From Polyangiales bacterium (GTDB lineage: Bacteria; Myxococcota_A; Polyangia; Polyangiales; Polyangiaceae): a stretch of DNA of 39,612 nt. The notes under the pieces were generated by a model. That model did not search any database. It saw only the letters and a program-made list of their open reading frames with translations, and was not told where the DNA came from. This document shows positions 24,918-34,988 of the stretch, in pieces; within the stretch, counting starts at the first letter, position 1, and every line of letters starts with the position of its first letter. A program made the position numbers and the translations under genes. The stretch is taken from assembly GCA_038230375.1 (NCBI GenBank), contig JBBRNJ010000080.1, forward strand, positions 1 through 39,612, written 5' to 3'.

Positions 24918-26405
24918 TCAGTGTGACGAGCACTGCAGGTCGTCGGTGGACGTCTTGCCCTTCGGCAGGACGCACTTGGTGCCGCTCGGGCAGCCCGTGG
25001 TGTCAGCGCAGGCCGCGCCGCACACCTTCTTCGACGAAGAGACCGAGAGGCAGCGGCTGTCCGCGCCACCGCAGTCCGCGTCCTTGTTGCATGCAGCTCC
25101 GACCTTCGAGACGTCTGCGAGCGGGCTGACCTTGGGATTGTCGTCCAGGCCGTGCACGCCGTAGACGTGGACCCACGAGCGCTCGCCCACGGCGTTCATG
25201 CGCCCGAGCACGCTGTCCCACGAGCGCGGCATCCAGGCGCCGGACTTCTGATCGATGAACGAGTGGATGAACGCGATGACCTGGCTCGCCTTCGGCTGGA
25301 TCGCCGAGAAATTGCCTGTCGTGATGATGTCGGTGTTCGTCGTGTTCTTCTTCGGATTCTCGTACAGGCTGTCGGCGTAGCCCGTGTACGTCTCGCAGCC
25401 GTTGAAGAGATAGACCTGCTGCTTGTCGGTCGCCTCGATGTTCTTGAACTCGCTGGCGGGCAGCGCTACGCGCGCCGGCTTGTATGCGACCACCACGCCC
25501 GAGTAGTCCAGCTGCCTGCCGGCATGGCCGTCGTAGATGATGACGTCTGCGGTCTTCACGCTGCTCTTGTAGGCGTCGATGAGGATGTTGCGCGTCTCGG
25601 GCGTGCTCATGTCCACGTGGACGATGCGGACGCGAACCAGGACGTCGGCGCCCTTCACGGAGATCTTGCTGGTGAGCGGGCCCGAGTCGATCTTCAGGTC
25701 CTCGAACTTGGTGACCGGTGACTTGAAGCCAGATGCGAGCAGATCGTCGTAGACGGAGCGCGCGTGGTCGATGTCCTGCGGGGGATCGTCGTGGTCGCCG
25801 CCGACGTGCACGGCGATGTCGAGCCCGTCCGCGAACATGTCGAGGTACTTCGGATATGCGTTCAGGCTGCGCTCGATCGGCGCGACGGTGATGTGCAGCT
25901 CGGCAGCGCCGGCTCCAAGGTCCGCGCTGATGGGGAGATACGAGACGCCGTTGTCCGTCTTCATTGGCAGCTTCGTGAGGAGATCCTTCACGCCGGAGAA
26001 CTCGGCGCTGACCTGCATGCTCATGTGCGTGTCGTCAACGGCCACGAGGTCCTTCTCGGTGGCGGTCTTCTGGCGGAACTCGATCGCAACGCCCGCGCTG
26101 GTCGTCCGCATCTCCTCCGGCCAGAGCGTGTCGAGGCTCGACGTGATCGCCGTTGTCACCGTGCCGCGAAGCTGCTCCGCGTGCGCGAGCAGGGCCGCGC
26201 TCTTCGCCTCGCCGGTCATCGCGCGGATGTCGGCAGGGACCTCGAACGTGACGGGCGTGGTGAGCGAGTACTCCTGGCCCGCGGTGCTGCGGTAGTTCAG
26301 ATCGTCAGCGCTCTGATCGACCGAGCTGTCATCCGCCGAAGCACACGCAGTGGCGAGCACCGCGAAGGGAACGACAAGACCGAGGGCGAGACGACGAAGC
26401 TTCAT
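24918..26405 (-). CDS. Lipoprotein with putative clan CD (caspase/CHAT-like) peptidase domain and Cys-rich C-terminus
   Basis: LATAC lipobox; DVIIYDGHAG and QVYLFNGCET, His and Cys 43 residues apart. Confidence 0.65.
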   Translation of the reverse strand: MKLRRLALGLVVPFAVLATACASADDSSVDQSADDLNYRSTAGQEYSLTTPVTFEVPADIRAMTGEAKSAALLAHAEQLRGTVTTAITSSLDTLWPEEMRTTSAGVAIEFRQKTATEKDLVAVDDTHMSMQVSAEFSGVKDLLTKLPMKTDNGVSYLPISADLGAGAAELHITVAPIERSLNAYPKYLDMFADGLDIAVHVGGDHDDPPQDIDHARSVYDDLLASGFKSPVTKFEDLKIDSGPLTSKISVKGADVLVRVRIVHVDMSTPETRNILIDAYKSSVKTADVIIYDGHAGRQLDYSGVVVAYKPARVALPASEFKNIEATDKQQVYLFNGCETYTGYADSLYENPKKNTTNTDIITTGNFSAIQPKASQVIAFIHSFIDQKSGAWMPRSWDSVLGRMNAVGERSWVHVYGVHGLDDNPKVSPLADVSKVGAACNKDADCGGADSRCLSVSSSKKVCGAACADTTGCPSGTKCVLPKGKTSTDDLQCSSH

Positions 26406-26417
26406 GTCCCAGCTCGA

Positions 26418-26433
26418 TGCACGAAAGATGCCA
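26418..26433 (-). promoter_or_regulatory. Putative sigma54 promoter
   Basis: Minus strand TGGCAT-ctttc-GTGCA (GG-N10-GC), 12 nt before ATG 26405. Confidence 0.55.
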
Positions 26434-26630
26434 CCTTGTACCACCGTGTGGGCTGGCGAAAACATCAGTAGTTTCTATCAGTACGCGTTCGGGTGGTCTC
26501 CGAACTGACCCGTGCCTGGGGGTGTTGCGATCCGACATGTTGTCGGCCCGTGGGCCGTTGCGGACACGACAAGGCGTGCGTGTGCCCAGCGGCGGAACGA
26601 GCTCTTCTGGCGACCTGATACCGTGCATGC

Positions 26631-27839
26631 ATGCCGTTTCGCGACAGCGACGAGGCCACCCGCGAGCGTGCAGAGGCGCTCGCAGAGGAGGTCGAGCTCC
26701 TCAGGAAGGAGCGGGACGACCTGCGCGCGCAGAAAGAAGCGAAGGAGGCAGGGATCGCGCCGGCGCCAGCGCCCAAGACCTCGCGCGAGAAGAGGCGCGC
26801 CGAGAAGAAGAAGCGTGACGAAGAGAAGAGAGCGGCGAGAGAGGAGCAGCGCGAGAACAAGGCTGCGGACCTGCGTGATGACACGGAGGACGAGGCGCGT
26901 AAGAAACGGGAAGGTCGTCGACGCGCGATGATCGTGGGCGCGATCTGCGTGGTCGCCGTGGGCATCCCGGTGGGCATTGGCATCCGGGCGGGCAGTATTG
27001 CCGATCGCGAACAGGCGACGTACGACGCTGCGTTCGCCCAGCGCGAGACGGTGCGCAAGCGATGGGCCCAGCTCGTGCACACGGAGCCATGTACGCGAAA
27101 CGGCGTTGTCGACGAGGCCTACGCGCGCGCGGCGATGACCTCGGGCGCATACAAGAAGGACCCTGCGATCGTCCGGCAGCGGCTCCAGAGGAACTGCCTG
27201 GGCGACGTCAGCGCACTTGCTGCGGACGCGGCGAGCTCGCCCGCAGTGAAGCGTGGGCTCGGCGCGTGGATCACCTCGGAGGCGGCGCTGAAGAAGCCGG
27301 CAAAAGCGTTCGACGACTACTTCATGCACGACGACTGGAAGGAGGACGGATTCGCGGCGGCGGCGCCCATGTGGAAATCGCTCGAACCGCTCCTCGTCGC
27401 GCGCACGGACGCAGTCGCAGCGGTCACGCGCGAGGCGCTGCCAGAGCTCCGCGAGGAGATCCGCGCGCGTGCCAAGCTGCACGAGGCGCAGTACGGCAAG
27501 GTCGAGATCGTGTGGCGCGTGAACCTGGGGCTCCGCCTGTGGGACGTCGAGGACCTCGCGTTGCGCGTTGGACTGTCGCCGGATGACGATGCCACGCGCG
27601 CTGCACTGCGCGCGGCCATCATCGGTTTACGGGAGGCGGCCAAGGACGCGCCCATCGAAGTGCGGCGTGATCTTCGCAGGCTCGACTACTACCTCGACGC
27701 GGGGGTATCCGAGGGGCGAGTGTCGGGGGACCGAATGTGGAACCTCGCCAACCCGCAGCCCGACCTGCTCGAAGATCTGCGTTCCTCTCCGCCCGCGCTG
27801 CCCGATGTTCCCCCGAAGCCGGCAAGACGCCGTCGATAG
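26631..27839 (+). CDS. Membrane-anchored helical protein, DUF3829/YiiG-like
   Basis: Charged coiled-coil N-terminus, one TM, YFMHDDWKEDGFA resembling the YY..kDYkdD.fA motif. Confidence 0.6.
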   Translation: MPFRDSDEATRERAEALAEEVELLRKERDDLRAQKEAKEAGIAPAPAPKTSREKRRAEKKKRDEEKRAAREEQRENKAADLRDDTEDEARKKREGRRRAMIVGAICVVAVGIPVGIGIRAGSIADREQATYDAAFAQRETVRKRWAQLVHTEPCTRNGVVDEAYARAAMTSGAYKKDPAIVRQRLQRNCLGDVSALAADAASSPAVKRGLGAWITSEAALKKPAKAFDDYFMHDDWKEDGFAAAAPMWKSLEPLLVARTDAVAAVTREALPELREEIRARAKLHEAQYGKVEIVWRVNLGLRLWDVEDLALRVGLSPDDDATRAALRAAIIGLREAAKDAPIEVRRDLRRLDYYLDAGVSEGRVSGDRMWNLANPQPDLLEDLRSSPPALPDVPPKPARRRR

Positions 27840-27878
27840 CGAACTCGGCCGTCGGTTCTCGGAGTAGTCTCGACGTTG

Positions 27879-28940
27879 ATGCAGAACATGGATGCCTCGG
27901 CGTTCCTCCGCGATGGGGGTCCACGTGAGGTTCACCTCGAGGGTGTCACGGACACGATCGCGCGAAAGCTCGGGGCGTGCGCACACCTCGCGACCGTGAC
28001 CGCGCTCGACCTCACGGGTGGGCGCATCGGTGACAAGGGAGCGGCGGCGCTCGCCGAGTCGCCTCACGTCCGCGGCCTTCGCTCGCTCTCGCTCTCGCAG
28101 TGCCACGCCAAGGATGGCGTTCTCATCGCGCTGGCGCAGCCGGGCACGCTTGTGTCGCTTCGCACGCTCGACCTCGATCGGAACGAATTCGGCGCGCGTG
28201 GCTGGAAGGCCCTCACGCACACGTCCGCGCTCCTTGCCCTCGAGGACCTCCGCATACCGAGCAACGATCTCGGTGCCACCGGATGGAAGACGCTCTTCAC
28301 GTCGCCGCTCATTGCGCGACTCGAGGCGCTCGACCTGGCCATGACGCGACCTACGCGCGCGGGGCTCGACGCGCTCTTCGAGGCGAACGTCCCACGGCTC
28401 CGTGAGCTCCGCCTCATGATGGTCGGTCTCGACGAAGGCGCGATCGAGCGCCTCTTGGCCTGGCCGGCGCGGCAGCGCTTGACCGGGCTCGACGTGAGCC
28501 ACAACGACCTGCCGCCTCACGTGACAGCAAGGCTGATCGCAGCGCCATGGCCGGTACTCGAGCGCCTCAGCCTGCGCGCGACGGGCCTGCAAGGCGGGCT
28601 CGGGCCGGACGCTACTCCCGTGCTCGACGCGCTCACCGCGCTCGCACACACCACCGGTTTCCCCGCCCTGCGCTCGCTGGATCTCTCCGCGAATGACCTC
28701 ACGCCCGAGGCCGCCAAGGTGCTCGCGCAGGCGAAAGGCCTCCGCGCAGTGGAGGAGCTCGACGCGCTCGAGAATCCTCGTCTCGGTGACGAAGGACAGC
28801 GCGCACTGCGAAAGCGCTTTGGCGCAGCAGTACGCCTCCCCGTCGCATCGACCGTCGCAGCCACGACCAAGACAACGCCGCAAAAAAAACCGCCGGCGGC
28901 GGCGCCCGCAAGCCGCAAGCCGCGCGTCAGCGAAGGTTGA
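27879..28940 (+). CDS. Leucine-rich repeat protein (RI-like)
   Basis: About 10 LxxLxLxxNxl repeats ([24 protein letters not shown]). Confidence 0.9.
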   Translation: MQNMDASAFLRDGGPREVHLEGVTDTIARKLGACAHLATVTALDLTGGRIGDKGAAALAESPHVRGLRSLSLSQCHAKDGVLIALAQPGTLVSLRTLDLDRNEFGARGWKALTHTSALLALEDLRIPSNDLGATGWKTLFTSPLIARLEALDLAMTRPTRAGLDALFEANVPRLRELRLMMVGLDEGAIERLLAWPARQRLTGLDVSHNDLPPHVTARLIAAPWPVLERLSLRATGLQGGLGPDATPVLDALTALAHTTGFPALRSLDLSANDLTPEAAKVLAQAKGLRAVEELDALENPRLGDEGQRALRKRFGAAVRLPVASTVAATTKTTPQKKPPAAAPASRKPRVSEG

Positions 28941-31281
28941 TCAGCTCGACGTCGAACACGAGCGTGGCGCTCGGGGGAATTTTTGGCGGCGCCCCGCGAT
29001 CTCCATACGCGAGGTCCGCCGGAATCGTGAGCTTGCGGCGGCCTCCGATCTTCATCCCGGGGATCCCCTGGTCCCATCCCTTGATCACGCGCCCCGAGCC
29101 GAGTTCGAACTCGAAGGTCTGCCCACGAGGCCTCGAGCTGTCGAACACGGTGCCGTCCGTGAGCGACCCCGTGTAGTGAACGACGGCCGTGTCGCCCGCC
29201 TTCGCGACACGGCCGGTGCCCACGGTGACATCCACGATGCCGAGGCTCGTGGCGGTGGGCGCGCGCGCGGTTGCGACCCTGGGCCCTGTAGCGGGCGGAG
29301 GCCCGTTCATGGTCCGGTTCACCAGCTTCTTGAACTTCGCGAGCGGCTGCGCCCCGTTCACGAAGTAAGGCCCGACGGTGAACGCCGGTGTCCCGGTGAT
29401 GCCCGCGTCGGTCGCGGCCTTGTCGTCGGCATCGATCGCGGGCTTGTGGATATGATTGTCGAGCGCGCCGTTGAACCGCTTCATGTCGAGCCCAAGCGAC
29501 TGCGCATAGCCCTCGAGTGCAGGTCGGTCGAGGCCATCGGCACCGCGGCTCTGGTTTTCGAACAGGAGCTTTCGCATCTTCGCGAAGCCGTCGTTGCCCT
29601 TCTGCGCGAAGACCTCGCGTGCGGCCTCCGCGGCGAGCGGCGCGAGCGGGTGCATCGGGAGCGGGTGATCGCGCCAGACGACCTTCACCTGCGTCGGGTA
29701 CGCCTTGAGGAGCTCGAGGACCGTGGGCTCCACCCGACCGCAGAACGGACACTGGAAGTCGCCGAACTCCTGGATGACGACGCGCGCATTCGCGGGGCCG
29801 CGGAACGGCGCGCCCGGCGACGGGGTGACAGTCTTGGTCTCCGGCTCCGGAGCACCCTGGGCGCTCTTCATGATCGTCGCGTAGACGGCCGCGGGCAGCG
29901 TGCCGGAGCGCACGAGGGCTTCGGCCTTTGCGATCTCCTCGTCGATGATCGGCTGGAATTTATCGAGCGGTTGCGCACCGACCAGGCGGCGACCGTTGAT
30001 GAAGAAGTGGGGCGTGCCGCTCGCCTGGATGTCCTCCCCCAGCTCCAGGTCGTCGTCGATCGCGGCGGAGAAGGACTTGGCGGTCACGGCCGCCATGGCC
30101 GCCCGCGCATCGAGATTCGCGGCGCGCGCCTGAGCCTCGAGGTCTGCGTCCTCCAGCTTTGGCTGTGAACCAAAGAGGCGGTCGTGCATGTCCCAGAAGC
30201 CGGTGTCGCCCTTCTTCGAGCGCGCGAATCTCGCGAGCTCCGCGGCGGGGAGCGCGCGCGGATGGAATGGCAACGGCTCGTCCTTCCACACGAAGCGAAC
30301 CTTCGCGCCGTACTTCGTGCGGATCTGCTCGAGCGTCGACTCCACGCGCTTGCAATATGGACACTGGAAGTCCGCGAACTCCACGATCGTCACGGGCGCG
30401 TCGGCGCTGCCGCGCACTGGCGATCGTCCGACCGGGACGGCCCACACGGTCTTGGTGTCCTCCCGCTCGTCGTCGTCCGGCTTGTGCGCGGGCTTCGCCT
30501 GGAGGTTCTCGGCGACACGCACCCTGTAGATGGAAGCCTTCGAAGCGCCCTGCGCCACCAGGCTCCTCGCCTCTGTGAGCTCGCCATCGATGACGGCTTT
30601 GAACTTCTCGAACGGCTGCGCGCCGCTCACCTCGATCCCGTTGACGTACGACGCTGGCGTCCCGCTCACGCCGACGCGCTGCGCGAGCTCGTGGTCGGCG
30701 TCGACCTTCGCGAGCCACGCCCCGCGCTCGAGCCCGGCGTCGAGCTCCTTCGCATCCACGCCCACGGAGACGGCCCACGCACGGACCGCATCGGGGCCGA
30801 GATGCGCCTGCCGCCGGAACGCCATGTCGTGAAATTGCCAGAACGCGTCCTGCCCCCTGAGCGCAAGGACTGCCGCGCCGACCTGCGCAGCGAGCTTTGC
30901 GTGCGGGTGGAACGGGAGCGGCTCGTTCTTCCAGACGATGCGGACGTCGTCCCCGTACGTCTCGCGGATCTGCTCGAGCGTCGGCTCCAGGCGACCGCAG
31001 AATGGGCACTGGAAATCCGAGAAGACGACGAGCGTGACGAGGGCCGTGCGACTTCCGCGCTGCGGATCGCTCGGCCCGATGGGGACCTTCAGGTCCTCCT
31101 CGCGCGGGTCCTCGACCGGCGAGGTCGCAACGCCGATCGCCGTGAGCGGCGTCGACGAAGCGCTGCCGATCTCCGCGGGGGTGACGCCCTTTGTTGCGGG
31201 CTGCCCACCGCCGCAAGCGACGAGAACGACCGTGAGGCAGAGGACAAGGCAGCGAGCGAGTGAAGACAGCCTGGCCGTCAT
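28927..31281 (-). CDS. Lipoprotein with three DsbA/thioredoxin domains and a C-terminal FKBP PPIase
   Basis: [27 protein letters not shown], each followed by GTP and GAQP; FKBP VHYTGSL.DG.VFDSS...VIKGWD.G..GM.IGG.RKL.IP..LAYG. ATG overlaps the upstream stop (ATGA). Confidence 0.93.
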   Translation of the reverse strand: MTARLSSLARCLVLCLTVVLVACGGGQPATKGVTPAEIGSASSTPLTAIGVATSPVEDPREEDLKVPIGPSDPQRGSRTALVTLVVFSDFQCPFCGRLEPTLEQIRETYGDDVRIVWKNEPLPFHPHAKLAAQVGAAVLALRGQDAFWQFHDMAFRRQAHLGPDAVRAWAVSVGVDAKELDAGLERGAWLAKVDADHELAQRVGVSGTPASYVNGIEVSGAQPFEKFKAVIDGELTEARSLVAQGASKASIYRVRVAENLQAKPAHKPDDDEREDTKTVWAVPVGRSPVRGSADAPVTIVEFADFQCPYCKRVESTLEQIRTKYGAKVRFVWKDEPLPFHPRALPAAELARFARSKKGDTGFWDMHDRLFGSQPKLEDADLEAQARAANLDARAAMAAVTAKSFSAAIDDDLELGEDIQASGTPHFFINGRRLVGAQPLDKFQPIIDEEIAKAEALVRSGTLPAAVYATIMKSAQGAPEPETKTVTPSPGAPFRGPANARVVIQEFGDFQCPFCGRVEPTVLELLKAYPTQVKVVWRDHPLPMHPLAPLAAEAAREVFAQKGNDGFAKMRKLLFENQSRGADGLDRPALEGYAQSLGLDMKRFNGALDNHIHKPAIDADDKAATDAGITGTPAFTVGPYFVNGAQPLAKFKKLVNRTMNGPPPATGPRVATARAPTATSLGIVDVTVGTGRVAKAGDTAVVHYTGSLTDGTVFDSSRPRGQTFEFELGSGRVIKGWDQGIPGMKIGGRRKLTIPADLAYGDRGAPPKIPPSATLVFDVELINLR

Positions 31282-31736
31282 CGGCGCCACGGGAGCTGCC
31301 AGGCGAGGAACGCGCGCGTCGTCGAGTTCCGCTCGAAGCCTTCGCGCACGGAGCGGGGGAGGTCGGCGTTCGCGAGGCGACGGGTGGTCTTGACGGTCTT
31401 GCCGTCTTCGTAGGTGAGGGTCACGTTGACCTCCGTGTCTGCCTCGTGCGCGAAGCGGATGAACTCGAGGTCGATGCCACGCACTGCGCGCTCGAGCCGG
31501 GTGACCACATCGATGTCGGCATCCGTGCCGCGCAGCGCCTTGCGCAGGCGGGCGCGCTCGTCGTCCGTCTTCATCGCGAGCACGGTCTGGGCGAGCTCAC
31601 GCTCCACCGCATCCGCGACCAGCGCGTCGAGCGCCGCGCTCGCGTCCACGTCAGCGTTGACCTTCGTACTCCCGCGGCCGCGCAGCACCAGGAACACGGC
31701 AACGACAACGGCGAGCGCAATGGCGGCGATGAACAT
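31278..31736 (-). CDS. Membrane-anchored hypothetical protein
   Basis: N-terminal TM; translationally coupled to the DsbA-FKBP gene. Confidence 0.75.
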   Translation of the reverse strand: MFIAAIALAVVVAVFLVLRGRGSTKVNADVDASAALDALVADAVERELAQTVLAMKTDDERARLRKALRGTDADIDVVTRLERAVRGIDLEFIRFAHEADTEVNVTLTYEDGKTVKTTRRLANADLPRSVREGFERNSTTRAFLAWQLPWRR

Positions 31737-31772
31737 CGACCAGATGCTACGAGTTTCCCGGAAGAACTCTAG

Positions 31773-34469
31773 TCAGGAGACCTCGCGCACAAGGGCCACG
31801 TAATCACGCACCATCCGGTCCACGTCGAAGAGCGACTCCGCGCGATCGCGCCCTCCTCGTCCCCACGCGAGGAGCCGCTCCGGGTCACGCGTGGCCTCGA
31901 TCAGCGCGTCGGCAAGCGCGGCGGCATTGGCCGGTGGCGTGAGCAGGCCGGTCTCGCCGTGAACGATCTGATCGATCGCTCCACCCACGGCCGTGGCGAC
32001 CATGGGCAGGCCCGCCGACATCGCCTCGAGCGACGCATTGGGGCAGCCGGCAGGCTCGGAGATCATGACGAACAGATCGAGCTCCGCGAGGAATGGCTGC
32101 ACAGGCGCGCGCTCGCCCACCCATTCAATGGGCAAGCCCTCTGCGCGGTCACGCAGCTGACGTGCGTGCTCGTGGGCTCCGCGCTCCGGGGCGCCAGCGA
32201 TGCGGAGCACGTAGGGCGGCATGCGATCGTGCGCGATGTGCACTGCGTCGATGAGCTCGCCGAGCTTCTTCTGCGGCGAGATGCGCGCGGCGGTCCCGAG
32301 CACGAGAGGGCCCTCGCGGCGGGCGCGTTGCTCGCGCCTGGGCATGAGTGGCACGCCGTTCGGTATCACCCTCACCTGGGTGCCGAAGAATGCGGCCGCG
32401 CGCGCCTCCTCGGCACGGTACTTCACCACGCACGCCGCGAGCCTGCGTCCTAGATCGCGTCCGTCGCGATACGGCAGGCCCGCGCGCGGCTTCTCGAAGT
32501 AGGCGGCGAGCGACGTGAACAGCATCTCGCCTGGGCTGACGCAGATCATCGGTACGTCCAGACACCCGTCGGCGAAGAGGAGCTGGTGCTGCGGCATCAC
32601 GTTCCAGAACAGCACCGCGCGCGTTGCCTCTTGGTCCATGTCCGAAAGAAGGCGACCCACCGTGATCGCAGCGTCCTCATCGGGCGGTGGAACGAACACG
32701 GGGATCCCAGCCGCGCGGAGCGAGAGCAGACCCGGCGTCGGGTTTTCCTCGCGCTCCTGCAGCACCCCGAAGCGCGCGCGAACCCCTGCCTCTGCAAGGC
32801 CCAGCGCAAGACGCCGCGCGCTGGACTGCGCGCCGCCCGTGGAGACGTTGTTCATGACGAAGTAGACGCCGCCGTCGGGCGCGTGCGCGGGCTTCGACGC
32901 GGTGCAGGCGACGCGACGCAGCAGCTCTGCGTGACGGTCGAGCATCTTCGCGCGCAAGAAATCGGGCGGCGCTGATGGGCGAACCCCATGCGCGAGGGCG
33001 CGGGCGATCGCGTCGGCGTACACGGCGGGGCTGGCGTCGACTGCGACCAGATGCATGCCAGGCGCGCGGGCCGCCACCTCCGACGCGCCGCCCACGGACG
33101 TGGTGACGACAGCAACACCAGCCGCGAGCGCTTCCAGCTGGGACAGACTGAGGCCCTCCCACGCGCTGGGTGCGACCAGCACGTCCGCGGCCGCTAGCAG
33201 CGTCGGCACGTCGCTCACGGCACCGAGGCAACGAACGCGCTCCCCTGCCCCGTGCGCGGCGATCGCCTCGCGGAGCGCACGCTCGGCAGAGATGGAATCC
33301 GCGTCTCCTCCCGGAGAGCCTGCGACGAGCGTGATCACCTTGCGCGACAGGACCGCCTCCGCGGCCTGTGCGATCTCGGGCAATAGCTCCAGGCGCTTCT
33401 GCGCGCGAGGATTGGCGATCGCGACGATGACCAGTGCTCCGGCAGGCACCTCGAAGGCTCGCCGCGCCTTCTCGCGTGCACTCTCCGTGGCGGGCTCCGG
33501 TGCGGCTACGCCGTTCCAGATGGTACGGGTTCGCGGGCCGTCGTTGCGCGCAACGAGCTCCGCCGCGAGCTCGTCCTCCACCGACAATGCGCATGCGATG
33601 AGCAGCGCAATCTCCGCGCGAGAGAGCTCTGTCACGCCTGGCTGCCAGCCGTTCCTCGCGTTGTGGATCGTCGCGGCGATCGGTACGCAGGATGCAACGA
33701 GCGCGCGGAGGTCCCCGCCTGAGAACAGGTGCGCATGGAGGACGTCGGCACCGAAAGAGAGCGCCCGCTGTCCGATCTCGGCAAGACGGTCTTCGCGCGA
33801 CGCCTTCGTGCACACGCGCGCGATCACATCGGGCGGCACCTGCAGCTCCTTCCGTGCCGTGCGGCCAAGCGCGAGGAGCTCTGTCGTCACGCCACGCAAG
33901 GGCAGCCCACGCAGGAGCTCCAGCGCAACACGCTCCGCGCCGCCTTGCTGGAGCGACGTGACCGCGAGCATGACGCGCAGCCCGGGATCGTCCCCTACAT
34001 CCAGCGCGGGCAGGCGCACGGCGCGATGCTGCGGTGACGACACGACGCGATGGAGCGCGACCTCGATCCGCGCGCCGACCGCGATCTCACGCGCGAGCGC
34101 CCGTGCAGCAGCCGCTTCGAGCACCACGCTCGAGACCACGGGCAACCGATCCGCGGAGAGCGCGGAGAGCTCACCACCGCACTTGCTGAGCGCGGCGTCC
34201 CACGGAGCCCGCAGGGACGGAGCGCCTGTGACGATCGCACCCACCGCGCAGAGCGGACGGCCTGTCGCGCTCCTGGGCGGCGGCTCGATCACGGCGCGCC
34301 GTGGCCACGCGCCCGCACGCAAGAGCCGCACGGGCCCATCCGCCGCGGCGAGGAGCTCCGCGTTCGCCGTTGTGAGGGCAGTGGCCTCGCACTGGAGGAG
34401 GGCGCGCATCGTTCGCGCGAAGAGCCGCGGGTGCTCGGGCCGCTCACCGAAGATGTAGGTCGGGAGCAC
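31773..34469 (-). CDS. Double GT4 (GT-B) glycosyltransferase
   Basis: Two GGA[EQ] N-domain motifs; two E-x7-E-like motifs (WEGLSLSQLEAL, AGCPNASLEAM). Confidence 0.88.
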   Translation of the reverse strand: MLPTYIFGERPEHPRLFARTMRALLQCEATALTTANAELLAAADGPVRLLRAGAWPRRAVIEPPPRSATGRPLCAVGAIVTGAPSLRAPWDAALSKCGGELSALSADRLPVVSSVVLEAAAARALAREIAVGARIEVALHRVVSSPQHRAVRLPALDVGDDPGLRVMLAVTSLQQGGAERVALELLRGLPLRGVTTELLALGRTARKELQVPPDVIARVCTKASREDRLAEIGQRALSFGADVLHAHLFSGGDLRALVASCVPIAATIHNARNGWQPGVTELSRAEIALLIACALSVEDELAAELVARNDGPRTRTIWNGVAAPEPATESAREKARRAFEVPAGALVIVAIANPRAQKRLELLPEIAQAAEAVLSRKVITLVAGSPGGDADSISAERALREAIAAHGAGERVRCLGAVSDVPTLLAAADVLVAPSAWEGLSLSQLEALAAGVAVVTTSVGGASEVAARAPGMHLVAVDASPAVYADAIARALAHGVRPSAPPDFLRAKMLDRHAELLRRVACTASKPAHAPDGGVYFVMNNVSTGGAQSSARRLALGLAEAGVRARFGVLQEREENPTPGLLSLRAAGIPVFVPPPDEDAAITVGRLLSDMDQEATRAVLFWNVMPQHQLLFADGCLDVPMICVSPGEMLFTSLAAYFEKPRAGLPYRDGRDLGRRLAACVVKYRAEEARAAAFFGTQVRVIPNGVPLMPRREQRARREGPLVLGTAARISPQKKLGELIDAVHIAHDRMPPYVLRIAGAPERGAHEHARQLRDRAEGLPIEWVGERAPVQPFLAELDLFVMISEPAGCPNASLEAMSAGLPMVATAVGGAIDQIVHGETGLLTPPANAAALADALIEATRDPERLLAWGRGGRDRAESLFDVDRMVRDYVALVREVS

Positions 34470-34477
34470 GCGCGCCG

Positions 34478-34933
34478 TCAGTACGCGGGCGGGAAGCCGC
34501 CACCTGCGTCGCCGGCATCACCCGCGCTGGACTCGCCGCCGCGCGCGCCCGTGTCGCCGCCGGCGGACCCGCCGTAGCTCCCACCGTCGTCGGTGGAGGA
34601 GTACGTGGAGTCGAACGAGGGCGATGACATGGGGACGTCGTCGCCATCGGAGGTGTCATCCTGGTCCGCGCTGTCGATGCGGATGTTCATGGGGGTGCCG
34701 CCCGTGTAGACGAAGATCTCGTCGGGTCCTGGCTCGATGAGCACTGTGCCCACGCGCCCTTCCCCGCCCACGAGGCAGCGGTACTCGACGCGGCGGCCGA
34801 TCCTGTAGCCACGCGTGGAGATGTAGAACCCGTCCGCGCTGACACGGGTGCCGCCGCGACCACGCCCGAACGTCAGAAAGAGGACGACGACGAGCACGGC
34901 GACGAGCACGCCAATGAGGAGGATGGCCACCAT
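34478..34933 (-). CDS. Membrane-anchored hypothetical protein
   Basis: N-terminal TM, small beta domain, acidic Gly-rich tail ending FPPAY. Confidence 0.7.
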   Translation of the reverse strand: MVAILLIGVLVAVLVVVLFLTFGRGRGGTRVSADGFYISTRGYRIGRRVEYRCLVGGEGRVGTVLIEPGPDEIFVYTGGTPMNIRIDSADQDDTSDGDDVPMSSPSFDSTYSSTDDGGSYGGSAGGDTGARGGESSAGDAGDAGGGFPPAY

Positions 34934-34988
34934 GGTGAGCCGAGCTTACGTGATCGTGCCCGCGCACCCAACCACGGGTTGACCATGC

